A DNA stretch of 64,000 nt, taken from Podarcis tiliguerta. Taxonomy: Eukaryota. The first letter of the stretch is position 1, and the number at the start of each line of letters is the position of its first letter. The notes under the pieces are model-generated. The model was given only the letters and a program-made list of their open reading frames with translations. It made no database searches and was not told the DNA's origin. The DNA lies in the NCBI GenBank assembly GCA_965153285.1, contig OZ229115.1; one strand, 5' to 3'. Below, piece after piece: positions 25,667 through 38,262 of this stretch. The position numbers and the translations under genes were made by a program.

Positions 25667-26162
25667 AAGGTGCCAGTACTGTGTATTTTTGAGTACCCCC
25701 CAGAAAAAGCACTGCCAGCATCAATAGCTCTATATCTATGTGAAAGGAGATACAATTCACTGCCCAGTGATTTAATACAGATTCTTTCTAAAAGAATATA
25801 AGCTGTTCCCACAACGTATTTTAAAGCGTTATAAATTGTACTTCAAAAATTATGTTCTGTCAAGATGGTGGCACAGACTGCTTTACAACTACTTGCCTAC
25901 AAGCTGAATCAGAAATGGATCCCTTTACAGCACATTCCTATACATACTGTACCTGTTTAGAAGACCATCTCATTGAATTGAATAGGAATTACTCTCAGAT
26001 GAGCATGTCCACTAAGCGACTAAAATTAGCTACCACAACCTGGTCAATGGTAATCTGGTCTAACACGTGCAGTGGAAATCATGGGAATGGCATACTTAAG
26101 CTCGTATCCAGTGAGGCGTTAAGTAAGCCTCCTGTCAGCACAAGGATTTCCACTTGCACTAG

Positions 26163-26450
26163 TAATAATAATAATAATAATAATGATGATGATAATAATA
26201 ATAATAATTTATTATTTGTACCCCGCCCATCTGGCTGGGTTTCCCCAGCCACTCTGGGCGGCTTCCAACAAAGATGAAAAATACACTAAAATGTCACATA
26301 TTAAAAACTTCCCTGAACAGGGCTGCCTTCAGATGTCTTCTGAATGTCAGGTAGTTGTTTATCACTTTGACATCTGATGGGAGGGCGTTCCAAAGGGCGG
26401 GCACCACTACCGAGAAGGCCCTCTGCCTGGTTCCCTGTAACTTGGCCTCC
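26163..26450 (-). mobile_element. Relatively young L2 LINE 3' end with (ATT)n tail
   Basis: Minus peptide QGTRQRAFSVVVPALWNALPSDVKVINNYLTFRRHLKAALFREVF is the L2 ORF2 terminus; (AAT)n/(GAT)n at 26163-26208 is its tail; CpGs partly retained. Confidence 0.9.
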
Positions 26451-27982
26451 CCCCTCCCCATTCCGTCTCCTCTCCCCATCCATCCCCTAAATCTATTATG
26501 GGGTTTTCTCCAATGCTCCAGAACAGATATAGAGAGAATGCAGGTCACATGCATTGGGGGAGGGGGAGCCCTAATGCGCATGTGGAAATCCTTGCACTGA
26601 CAGGATGCGGGACTTTGATATTACCTTAAGCAGAACTCATATTGCACATGTCAGTTTGGGTGCGGCCTCTGAGCACAGAAGAAACAAATACAAACATTCC
26701 ATGCAAACCAAGGGCAATGTTCAAATGTCTTGCCTGGTACAATGCATCACAAAGAAACGAGAGGAATTACCTTATAAACGCTACTTGGCACGCCAAATTG
26801 AAATGGATCAGATTTACTGGAAAAGAGTAAGGAAATCTGATGTCCGAGGACCTGGGCTGAATTAAGTAGAAAGGTTTTCAGTCTTCTCGTTGGATGTTGG
26901 ATATTGCTGTCATGCAATCACAACAAGGGAAGGGCTCCCATAACTTATCCCGTTTGACCCCCTGCCAAATCAGGATTCCCAGCCTTATACTGTACAATAC
27001 CTGATTAACAGCCATCCATTCCTTTCTTGGAGACCTTTTGGGAAGGCTGTTCTGCAACTTCCTTGTGGTATTTGCTCTACAGCCCACCTGTTCTTATGTC
27101 TAAAGCATTTTCTTCACCCCTAACGTTAAGAGCAGATGAAGTGGCATGGAAGCCAATTTGCTTGCACAGAACCAGCAGGCTCTATCATGATAGAGCTCCC
27201 CGGGGGAAAGGTTGACAGCCTCTGATGCTGTACCTTTAAAAAAAGACTTGCAGTCCCTAAGTAATAGTCATGCTCCAGTGTGTTTAGTATTTTGGCTGAG
27301 CTCAGTGCAAACCACAGTGATTTAAAGCTTGGAGATCAAGTAGGATACAGCAGATTCAGAATTATTTATTTCTTTACTGCAGAAAGCCTCACTACGGATT
27401 ATTTACTGCATGTGGGGCTATTTAGGATGGGGGGGTTGTAGATTGATTGAAATTTTTCAATTAAAACAAGCAGTCTTTTAAAAAGATTTAAGGTTTTATC
27501 AGTGAGAAGAAAATAACTCAAAGAGGCAGAAGCTCTGGTAATTCTCTGGCTGCAAATAGGGGCCAAAGGGAAGGGGGACTAAGGAAACTTTATTTTTCAA
27601 GGGAAGGTCAAAATTAAAATGGGGGAGAACCTACCAGCATTACTGTTCTCTCCTTCACAACATTCATGTTATCTCTCCTCCTCGGTTATCTATGATGTCT
27701 GCTAATATTTAATGGGAGCAAGGAATTGTTCTGGGGATTAATTACAATCAGAGAGCTGTTTCAGTCCACAGCACCATACGTTGCATCTGAATGAGATCTA
27801 GAGATATTATTCATATAGCATCAATGTATGTGATGAGGGGGATGAAAACAAGGTTTGCAGAGGTCAGGATTTTTCAGCCTAATTTAAGGTGCTGCATCTT
27901 TTATCTGAAGGAGTTCAGCATTTTTTAGGAACATTAGTTGCATTCAGGCATCTCAGTAATAGTGCAAGTTCAGATTTTTAAA

Positions 27983-28004
27983 ACAACAACAACAACAACA
28001 ACAA
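27983..28004. repeat. (AAC)n microsatellite
   Basis: Direct reading. Confidence 0.9.
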
Positions 28005-28394
28005 CTCCTGATATTGCATCTCAATCGCTTCCATAAATGTAGTGCTTCTGTATGCAATGGAAAGCGGGAATTCAGCTGAAAGTTCTACTCAACACAGTTC
28101 CAATGAATTAAGAAGCAAGAACTTGGCAAAACCTATTTTATAGCCCCGAACAAAATTATTAGGTGCTTATCAGGACTGCAGTAGGTTAAAACATTACTCT
28201 AGACACCTTTAAAGGTGAAGAGGGGAATAGACAGCGGTATTCATGAGATTCAGACTAGAATGGGCAAAGGGCAAATGGAGAAATTACATGGGGTGATCTG
28301 CAAGGTTAGTCAGAGTAGTGTTATTGGGGAAAGAGGAGACAAGCAAAATGAGGAAGAGGCAATAATGGAAAAGTCAGAGGATTAAACCAAGGGG

Positions 28395-28525
28395 GTTTAG
28401 TCCTCTGAGGGTCTGAGGGCCACATTTTCTTGTGGGCAAGTTTATGCGACCTGAATGCCAATGGTGGGTGTAGACAAAGGCAAAAGTAGAGGCCTGAAGG
28501 GGCACATTTGGCCTCTGGGACTGAA
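28395..28525. mobile_element. hAT-like non-autonomous fragment
   Basis: tctgagggccacatt...ggggcacatttggcc motifs shared with 42888-42970 and 49530-49833. Confidence 0.4.
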
Positions 28526-29174
28526 GCTTCCCGGCCATGAAAACTACCCTGCACATCCCTGGGGGACACCCCCCCCCAGGTTTTTACTTTGCTCACCCCT
28601 GGAAAAATTCCTGAAGATACCCATGCACCTCATAGATCATACAGGTATTGGTATATAAGACTGCAGCATGATTTAGTTTTGATTAAGATCCATCTGCAAA
28701 TGTTAAAGCACTGTAACCATCTCTACCAATGGGTTCTAGGTGTTGTTTTTGTCCTCAGGTGTGTTGGTTCCCCCCACCCTAAATGCATTGCGTTGCTAAG
28801 AAGAGAGAAAGAACCTGCTGAGGGATGCTTGCCCCATGAGTTATGGCAGATTAGAATTTTATAGGATAAAATCCTGGTACAAGAGCACTGTTTTTTCTAA
28901 AAAGCTTTTATGTAAGTAATCTATAATTTATTATAAAAATGGGGTATTAGAAGGGGCTGGAGGAAAATAATTGACTGGAGGAGAATAAGTAACACTGTCA
29001 GCTCCAATCCCTCAAGGCCCATAGATTTCCCCAGCCTCAGCTTCCATTCCCTGCTTAGATCCTGGGCACCTGCCAAGTAAGCAATCTGAAGAGCTACATA
29101 TTGACCAAGCACAATTGTAGTTCTGATTGTGCCCATTAACAAGGAAAGATGGAGCATGGGGTTGAGAGGCAGAC

Positions 29175-29180
<6 letters not shown>

Positions 29181-29213
<33 letters not shown>
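29181..29213. repeat. (GA)n microsatellite
   Basis: Direct reading. Confidence 0.95.
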
Positions 29214-29217
<4 letters not shown>

Positions 29218-29521
29218 TGTATGCCCCCACACCACTTTTCATTTATAGGAAAATACCTAAATGGTTTCCAGTGTATTAAAACTATACAAAATCCTATTAA
29301 AATCAATGATAAAATAGCATCAAGCAACAAAAATAAACAGCACAGTAATCCGGTGTGAGGTATCAGTACTAACTGTCAGCAAATGCAGGCTAAAGCACAT
29401 TGCAGATCAGCTGCGTTTAGTTTGGTAGATCGCAAGTTGTGCAAGCCTACCGTCATGCCCTCACTCAGAATAAGCTAAACAAACCAATGCTCTGATTCAG
29501 CCCCTCCCCTTATATCCCCAC

Positions 29522-29637
29522 ACCTGATAGACTCCCTAAGCAGTTGTTAAATCCTGTCTCCCCCCACCCCAAGTAGTCATAACCTGATAGACTCCCTAAG
29601 CAGTTGTTAAATCCTGTCTCCCCCACCCCAAGTAGTC
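29522..29637. repeat. 60-bp tandem duplication (2 copies)
   Basis: acctgatagactccctaagcagttgttaaatcctgtctccccc(c)accccaagtagtc at 29522 and 29582. Confidence 0.95.
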
Positions 29638-30865
29638 TTAATTTCCTGGCCAGTAATATTTTTATAGTTCATTCTCTCCAGGAATCCTCTTGCTCCTCTC
29701 AAATTGTGTCAAGTCTCCCAAGGAATTCCTGGGCCACCATCTGCCTTAAGGAAGATGTGACTATGGACAGAGTTCAGATACAGTCAAGAGCAAATGATCA
29801 AAACAGTGTTGTCATATCCACCGGCAAGGATATTTTGAGGTCTAGGCCTAGACTGGATGAGTGAAGAAGGAAAGGAGTGCTGGAGCAAATACAAGGGCCA
29901 GAAAACATTGCCAAAATAGTCTGTTTCCTAGACCCTACTACTGGAAATCATGTCTGGACAAAAACAATTCTGAAGATGCATGGCAGGAAAGTGATTTTAT
30001 GCGTAATTTGCAATGGTAGATGGAAAAAACAAAACAAAACACCAGCACCGCTTGCTGTGTTTTGGGGGCTAAGCTTACAATCCCAGCCCAAGATGTATAA
30101 ACAAGATAGCCACTGAATCCCACTGATGAGAATTTAGTGCAAGTCCTTAATTAAAGAAGAACTAGAAGAAGAGTGCATGTCAGTTGAACACACTCAGGAG
30201 AATGCAGGAGCTTGGTGAAATTGAACAGGGGGAAAGCAAAAAATAGAAAGTAAATGGAAATTGTTCAAAGGTAATTGAATGTATGTCTGAGCATTTATGT
30301 GTGCTAGCTAGCAATAAATACACTTTGCGGCAAAGCAAGCCAGTATGGGCAAATAAAGAAAGTGCAGAAAGCAATCAAGGGGAAGGAAGAAGCATAAGCA
30401 AGCTGAACTAAAGTACTGTTTTGAGCTGGAATGGGAGAGGAATAAAAGCCAGAGTGAGAGAGTCAGTTTGCCCTCCTGCAGCTGATGCAGAATTATAGAC
30501 ATGGCAAGTAGGACAAAGCCCACACAATTCTCTTAAAAATATAAATATACTGTACAGATACCAGAGTGAGGTACAATGCATAAAATAAATAAACCATATG
30601 ATATGATAGATGCAGTAGAAAGTCTAGCAAGATATCAGGCAGACATTCCAGGTCACTAAGTTGCTCAGTGTCAGGAAACAGGGAGCTTTTGCTGGGCTAA
30701 GACTATAGGGAGATTTAATGGGAATTCTGGGTTGACTTTTCTAAGGTGTGTGTGTATGGGGGAGAGGGAGGTGCTGCTGACAGGTGAGCATCTTTCATTG
30801 CTCTATGTACAGGGAGTTAATACAGAGAGTATAATCCCTGCAGGACAAACAGCACCATTTAGAAC

Positions 30866-30978
30866 AGCCTTGGGTCCCCAGCTATTGTTGGAATACAACT
30901 CCCATCATCCTTAGCTAGTAGGACCAGTGTTCCAGGGTGATGGGAGTTGCATATAGGGAACCAAGGTTGAAAGAGGCT
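30866..30978. mobile_element. Hairpin MITE relic
   Basis: caactcccatcatcc ... gggtgatgggagttg inverted arms. Confidence 0.7.
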
Positions 30979-31420
30979 AAGCGTTTCTGGGACTCTGAAC
31001 TCCTGCTGGGGAATGAAAATCCATTGCTTTGTCTCCAGTCCACTTTCCCAGCTTGATCCTCTGAAATGTTTGGTTCAGAAGCATGAAGAAGGTGGAAACT
31101 TATCTAGATAAATTTATGTTTGGCTCCCTTCAACAGGTGCATAAGGAATGGAGCTTAGTTTGCCATAGGTCCATGTTAAACTCTGTCTTAAGAAGGGGGA
31201 CTGGCTTCCACTGGTCACAATTTCCCATTAACGTGATGAATAGTCACATGATTAATAGTTCTCCTTTGGGAATCACATACACTGAAATCCAAGACTCTAC
31301 TCAGGCCGGAAGGGAAGTGTTGAGATATCCTAGCAGCTGGATTCATTTTCTCAATTTTCTATTGGCAAAATCAGGAACTGCAAGTTTCTAAATTTTTTTG
31401 GGAGGAATTATTAGAGCCTT

Positions 31421-31441
31421 CTGCTGCCACCTGCTGGACCA
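31421..31441 (-). promoter_or_regulatory. Putative CTCF binding site
   Basis: Minus strand reads tggtCCAGCAGGTGGCAGcag, a close match to the CTCF core CCASYAGRKGGCRS. Confidence 0.5.
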
Positions 31442-33461
31442 GGATCGATTGCAGTGCTCCAAATGTTTCCATTTTCCAATGCTCTTGATTCCCACTTACC
31501 CCCATTCTACACTCTCAATTTTTGGCAGAGCAAGCAAGGGACTCCAACTCCATGAGACGGGCCAAAGGAAACAGACTTTCAACTGTGCATTTAGACCTTG
31601 GGAGGAAATGGGAAGTTTTGAAGTTCAGAATATCTATGTATCTACAGTCTTCTGGCTGCTAATACTGCTGGGTTTTTAAAGAACCTTTTAAAAATATGGT
31701 TGTTTGGCCATCTCTCAGGTGTGTGTGAGAGGTTACAGAAGCAGCTATCCAGACATCCAGATTGGGGTTCCAGGTGTGTGTGGTTGTTGTTTTTTTGGGT
31801 GGGGGGTTTCTTCTAGCTAGAACCAAATATAAAAGAAGAAAATCTCTAAACGCTAAACCTGTCCCTGGTCTCTGACCCATGGGTTTTATTTACGGGGGTT
31901 TGCCCAGAATCTTATTTAAATTGCTGAGATAAATCTGTGTAGCCATTGCTCAAATCCTGAACTGGTGAATTAGCATTTCAGACATTTTATAATATGTATT
32001 AAAAGTAACAATGGAGGGTGTGTCAGGTAATAGTAGTAGAAGTAGAAGTAGTAGTAGTAGAATGAATGAATGATGTGTGATGTTGAACAAAGCCATTATG
32101 ATAAGTTTACATCTGCACAGCAAAGCAACACACATGGAGGGAATATGTACAGAAATTCTTCTAGATCTGAAATGCCCCCCCCCCTTTCTTAGGTAATGCC
32201 TACTTTTGGGGCCGAATTGCTACTGATGTGTAGTGGCTGTTCTCATGATCAACATCGGCCACCATTTCACCACTGCGTGATTAACTTCCAGTCACATGGC
32301 TACCATAGTCAACGCTGCTAGACAGCTCAATGTTTTTAGCAAGGAACAAAGTCTTTTCACCTTTCTTGCACCTTCAACGACTCACTTAAAAGGCTGGCAG
32401 TGAATTTTACCTGCAAGGATAACCCCTATGGGACCCAGATATCACTTATCGAGTCTAAAGATTGTGCCCTCGTCTAGGCTGATGTGAAGTGCTGCACCCT
32501 TGGCTTGAGTTCTTTCCCCTTCCTCGCTTCAACCCCAGCACAAAAAAACCTGTCACCTTGGCTAGGAAACATACTACCTCAATCACAATCACACTTCAAT
32601 CACCAGACTGTCTCTTTCGCAGCTCCTGTCCTTGGTTCTGAGTATTTACAGCCCATCTGTCAGTCTCAAACACACTTCTCATTCAAGAGGGGAATTAATC
32701 TCTCTCCTCCTCCACCTCCACCACACATTTGCCATTTGCCATGAACTGCTTCCCTTTATCTCATCAAACATTTTCTTTGACTTGGAAAATGCTTTGCACC
32801 CACCATATCTGGGCAGGTAATTGACTGCACTGTTACTTAGTTGCCCCCATATGGCTTCCCCAGCTAACAGACATATCCACTGCAATTTTTAAAGTAGGTA
32901 CAGAATTCAGATGCCACATGAGTGCCGTCTCTATGTCTGCACATTAAATAACAGCCAAATTCTTGTAGAACATGTCAACAATGTGTCATTAATGTAGAGT
33001 ACCCCATTCCAGATTCCCTAGCATTTTTGCTTGGGAAAGAAGGGTGTGTGTGACAAGGGTGGCAGTGACAAAGATATACTGCTGCAGAACTGACCTTCTC
33101 GTTACTTTAATATCAACCCAGTGCGGGATTTAAGGTGGTGTGAGCTGTTCTGCCATACAGGGAGCTGAGCCATGGGGGCACACAATTGAGATGATCCATA
33201 ATGGTGAAGATTTTGGGGTGCCAAATGTTGGCCTTGCAAAGGGTGCCATATTTTGAAAAATTACCAAAGTCTGCCTCCAATCAACCTCCCACGCTATGGT
33301 AACCAGGAAGTTCAGATTTCCTAAAAAGAGAAACATACTCCAATTCTATAATTGCCATTGACAGTTCTTTTCAGATAGCTGCGAATAAAATGATAGAGGT
33401 GTTGTATGTGTTTTCCCAATACAACCCCATTGTCATTCTCAGATTTCTGCAGTACTTATTT

Positions 33462-33481
33462 GTTGTTGTTGTTGTTGTTGT
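33462..33481. repeat. (TTG)n microsatellite
   Basis: Direct reading. Confidence 0.9.
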
Positions 33482-34119
33482 TTTTAAAAAACCTTCATAA
33501 GCCAGTTGACTGTATGCTCCACAGGAAATAGCACCTGTATTAAACCACCTTCAACACTCTTATCTAAAAAAGCTTGCCTCCTAAATGCTTATACCGCAAC
33601 AGACATATGCACTTATAAGATAGAGTGATCTTTATTACATTCCTCTAATTGTGCTACATGTTTTATTTAACTGTAATAAGTAAAGCCCAATGTGGAAATG
33701 ATAAAAAAAACCAAAGGATGTTAAACTGTGCACGCAGGCTTGCTGTCATTTACTGGTGTTTATATTAAACACTGCCTCTTCCTGTCTTGTTCTTCTGCCA
33801 ACATTAATGCCTGGCTAATGATGCAGATTGCAACTCCTGTGACAGAAGATAATTGTGCAGGCATGGTTCCTTCACACTTGAATTTACAGTGTCTGTTAGC
33901 ATGGTAAAAGAAAGAGCAGAAGGGACTGCAAACAAACTTGGCTTCAAGTGAACTAAAAAAAAATCTGCCTAACATTCACCCGCATATGTGGTTTCATATG
34001 CAGTTGCTAATGTGTGCAGTGTTCATCCACTAGCCCTCCTAGGCTAGATCAGTTTAAAACAAGTGAGAAGGCACTCATTCTTCACATGGTGGCTGTACAG
34101 GAAGTCAGTCTGGTTCTTT

Positions 34120-34420
34120 CCAGCTATTGTTGGACATCAGCCCCAGGCAGCATGGTCAGTGGTCAAGGATGCTGGGGCTGAAGGCAAACAATATCAGAGG
34201 GCACTGCATTGGCTACACGTGGATGAATACTGGGTTAGAAGATTTGGATTTAGGAGCCCTATGGTCAAAACCCCACTTGGACCATGAACATCACTGGGTT
34301 GCTTTGAGCCAAACACTGTTTTTTAGCCTAGGGTTGTTGTAATGAAGACAAAGTGAGATAACTCCTTCCATGTACAATGTTCTGAACTCCTTGGACAAAG
34401 GATGGGATATAATTGCAAGG
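34120..34420 (+). mobile_element. Hairpin MITE relic followed by a MIR/CORE-like SINE relic
   Basis: cagctattgttggacatcagcccc...gggctga; then ...aaaccccacttggaccatgaacatcactgggttgctttgagccaaacact...ctagggttgttgtaatgaagac. Confidence 0.45.
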
Positions 34421-34671
34421 GGCATATTTTATATTAGAAGTATATCCAAATTGTGAAAGTGTCTCTTGATTACCTAGATGGAGGATGCAAAGATATGTCT
34501 GTATGTGTGTGTAGAAACCTCTGGTTTTTATATGGCTGATCTTTTCCACATCTGCTTATTCCCCCACTTTTGCCTCTGACTACACTCACTGGCTGCATCT
34601 AGCTGTGCTTGTCACTGGTGTGTAGCCAAGAGAAAACGTGGCCTTTGGGATGAAAATGTTTCCCTCCCTGC

Positions 34672-35075
34672 CCTATTTTGATTTTATTTCATAAAATTTA
34701 TACAGTGTAAATAAAACCCCTCAAAGCAGTTTACAAAAAAAGATAAAACAATAAAATTTCCATTATAAAAATTAACAACAATTTAAAATTTTCAAGAAGC
34801 TGAAATAACAATAAACTAAAAACTGATTAAAACTCACATCAACTTTCTAAACATCTGGGTAGGATTGTCTAAATAAGAAGTTTTTAACTGGCACGGAAGA
34901 GAGCACAGTGAAGGTGCTTGCCTGGTGTCAATAGGCAGGGCTTTCCAAAGTGTAGGTGCTGCCACACTAAAAGATCAAGTTTTTGCAATGGGTATTATGG
35001 AACACCTGTAACAGTGCCATTTCCACACAAGTAGTTGTGTGGGCATGTATGGGGTAAGGCAGACTCGTAGGTAAG
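34672..35075 (-). mobile_element. L2 LINE 3' end
   Basis: AT-rich tail, then ggtgcttgcctggtgtcaataggcagggctttccaaagtgtaggtgctgccacactaaaaga, the reverse of FSVAAPTLWKALP. Confidence 0.75.
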
Positions 35076-35952
35076 CAGATCAAATGTTACACAAACACAA
35101 TAGCTGTTCATTGAGACTATGGTTGTGTGTAGAAGAGTTTTTGCGTTGCAGTTCAGCCATTATATGAACAATGTGGAATTATTAATTGAGGACAGCGGAG
35201 CTGGGTGTTTAGTAATGCATCATCTAATGGACAGTATATGTGCCTGTTCTGTAGCAAGCATCCTTCTTTTATGCTTTCAAAAAAATAAAAATGTAGCAGT
35301 AGCCCGAGGGAAAGAGGGGAGGGAAGAGAAACAATTTACCTTAATGACATGGTTTGCTTAAGAATTAAGTGTTGATGAAAGTTGAAAGCTAAAGCTTACT
35401 TTTTAATTCACAGACCAGCTGCAACACAGCATGAGGAGAGAGTGGGGGGTTGGCCGTTTCATTTGCTAAAACACCTTTCTCCTGGTACGATGATGACTAT
35501 ACTCTTCAGTAATTCAATTTAATTGAAATGCCACGCTTGTTAAATTCTAAGTCCTATATTGATCAACATATGTCAACTGTGGAAAATTGCACTAAATTGT
35601 GTTACATTTCCTGGGATGAGTCAACTGTCCACTGGTGTCTGAAGCAAGCTTAGGCTACCGAGGTAAGATTGGTCCAGGACTGATATTGCATCTAGAATTG
35701 GATTTTCTTATCAAGTCCTTTCTTTTCTTTTTAAAGAACAAATGAAAGAAAAGAGACATACCCTGAAAAACTGCAGGATCTCATAAGCGTCGGTAATCAG
35801 GCTATGCCAGCCCAGCACTCTTTAAGAGCAAATATCGTGGCAGTGGTGGCAATGGGAAGATTAATATCAGACTGTACTTAAGCAGCAGAGTAGTTGTAGC
35901 TATTTGGACCTGAGGTCTAAGTAGGGCGAGTTCACATGTGATTCATTTCCTA

Positions 35953-36225
35953 CAAGAACATAAGAGCTCTGCTGCATCACACACAACACCAACCAGTCCA
36001 GCATCTTGCTCCCACAGTGGCTAACCAGATATCTGTGTGATAGCACTCCCTCCTCATGATCCCAAGAAACTGGAATCCAGAGGCATTCTGCCTCTGATAG
36101 CGTAGATAATAGGTAGCCATTAGTAGCCAATGACAGCCTTAGCTTTGAATTTATCTAAGCCCATTTTAAAGCCATCCAAGTTAGTGGCTATCACTACTAC
36201 ATCTTCTTGTAGCTGATTCCATGGC
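35953..36225 (-). mobile_element. CR1 LINE 3' UTR/tail
   Basis: aagaacataagag...agtccagcatcttgctcccacagtggctaaccagat...tgaatttatctaagcccattttaaagccatccaagttagtggc, typical of a squamate CR1 3' end. Confidence 0.75.
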
Positions 36226-36327
36226 TAAGCTATCCTTTAGAATTCACAGAGTCAGTTGCCTGATCCACTGGGCAGCAGTAATGAAACAGAAACCCCAAAC
36301 CACTTTCATTTTTTAAAGCCGAAACAT

Positions 36328-36462
36328 GGCAGGGAGGCTTTGGGCATCCAGATGTTGCTGGACTACAACTCACAGCATTCTTAAGAATAGGCCAAGGTGG
36401 CTGGAGTGGATAGAAGGACTCCAACAACATCTGGAGAGTGTGAGGTTCCTCCCCCTGCCTTG
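36328..36462. mobile_element. hAT-like hairpin MITE
   Basis: ggcaggg...tccagatgttgctggactacaactc ... ggactccaacaacatctgga...ccctgcc inverted arms. Confidence 0.75.
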
Positions 36463-37082
36463 GTTTAAATATGGCAGCAATCCACACATCAGAGTGTGTT
36501 CAGATCACTTCTCAACTTGGACAGACTAACCACATGGAGTTAAAGAGATCAGCACCTGGCAGTTTCTCCTTTTCAAGTGAGGATTCTCAGTAGCAACTGA
36601 TTACACTGCACTTTCAGTATGTTGCTTCACCTGTTAAGTGCCTCTTGCGTAACACTTTGAATGATAGGTGCTTTTACTTTCAAAAGCATTCAGAAGCCAT
36701 ATTCAAACACACACATGCACACATGCACATGGCTTAATTGACGCTGTTTTCACAAGTCCTTCAAGTCACCTGCAATATCAAGTCATTTAAGTGATATTTT
36801 CACAACCTATTTACTGAGGTACCTGCCAATCAATCCGCCCACACGGTAAAACAGAAAGTGTTTGGAGGATGGGAAGAGCTTGGAAAATGGCAGAGAAACT
36901 GTCACTTTCCTCCAATGGCAGTCATCATGGTAGCTTTGCTGGATTACATTGCTTGACACTTCGCTGGAAATAAAATTTACAGGCTAAAGCCTCCACAATC
37001 TTGACAGCAAAAAAGCCCTGCTCTGCAAATCAATAAAATTCCACAGAGAAGAGTGTGCCACACATGTGCACAAACACATAGT

Positions 37083-37160
37083 GAAATTCTATATAGATCT
37101 ACTCAGATATAAGCCCATTGAATTGACGGTCCCCAGGTAAGCAGGTTTAGGGCTGCAGCC
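37083..37160. mobile_element. About 80-bp palindromic mini-element
   Basis: ctactcagatataagcccattgaattga...cccaggtaag...agggctgcagcc; homologous to copies at 39503, 43257, 43362 and 25928. Confidence 0.6.
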
Positions 37161-37914
37161 AAAATAGATGCATTTTGCAAACCTCCACCACTTTACTGCT
37201 TCTTTTCCTTTTAAATGTATAAAAGGAAAGGCAACTGAACAGGACAAAAAGCTGTAGCCCTTTGACTGTCATTATATATAAGTGACAATTACAGAATAAT
37301 CTGTAATTTCAGACTACTTTTATTTCACTATTTGTTTTATGCCATTGTTTTCCTCTGTTTCTATCCCAGCAAACAATGAGTGCTTGAGGGCATGGCCAAG
37401 GGCTTGGGGCTTTGTCTGGTTACCTAGTCTGTAGCAAGCAGCGCAGGAAAAGGTTCGTTCAAGAACGCTGAAACGCCGCTCAGTGTCCTTACTGCTTCTC
37501 TTTGCACAAGAGAGTTCAAGAGGTAAGATATTTTGCAGTGTCCTCCATGGAGGCAGACTTGGGGACACTAGTCTCATCAGTGAAGAATAGTAGCTGCACA
37601 TTTTGCCATGTATCTCTGATTCTACAAGGACACAAGGACTCCAAGCTAATGAATGGTAGAAACAGGCAGTGGGTGGCATGGATAGAATTAGGGTGAAACC
37701 CGGCTCACCGCCCCCACTTTCTAGTGAGCAGCAATGGCTCATTGTGGCTCCGTTTTTCTTTTTGCTCTGATTTTGCAGGATTCACCATCCTCAGGAAAGA
37801 AAGATGAATCCAGACAGCAAATGTTAAGGTGGGTGAAATAGAAATGAATGGCTTCTTCTCATTTTGGACCAGCCCTAGTTTGATGTGTACTATTGATGAG
37901 CACTCTTTTGAGTA

Positions 37915-38262
37915 TGGCTTTCCAACCAGTTGTGAATCCACTTGAGAGTATTGCCGTCTAGCCCACATTTAACTCGTTTGCTAACCAAAAAACATGGACA
38001 ACTTTGTCAAATGCTTTGCTGAAATCAAGATAAATTACATGTGCGGCATTCCCACAACCCATTAAGCTAGTCATCGAAGTAAAAGAGGGAGAGATAAAAT
38101 TAGCCCGGCAGGATTTATTCTTGACAAAGTCATGCTGGCTCTTACTAATCATTGCATTTTCAACAAAACACAAATGAACTCTTTTTATAATCTGTTATAG
38201 TGTCTCCCCTTGTATCAAATATAAACTTGACCTGCAGTTTCCCAGAACCTCCTTTTCCCTGT
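37915..38262 (-). mobile_element. CR1 LINE internal RT fragment
   Basis: Minus peptide ISKSQHDFVKNKSCRANFIS...GNAAHVIYLDFSKAFDKV matches CR1 RT SQHGF..KSC.TNLISF...VD.IYLDFSKAFD.V. Confidence 0.92.
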
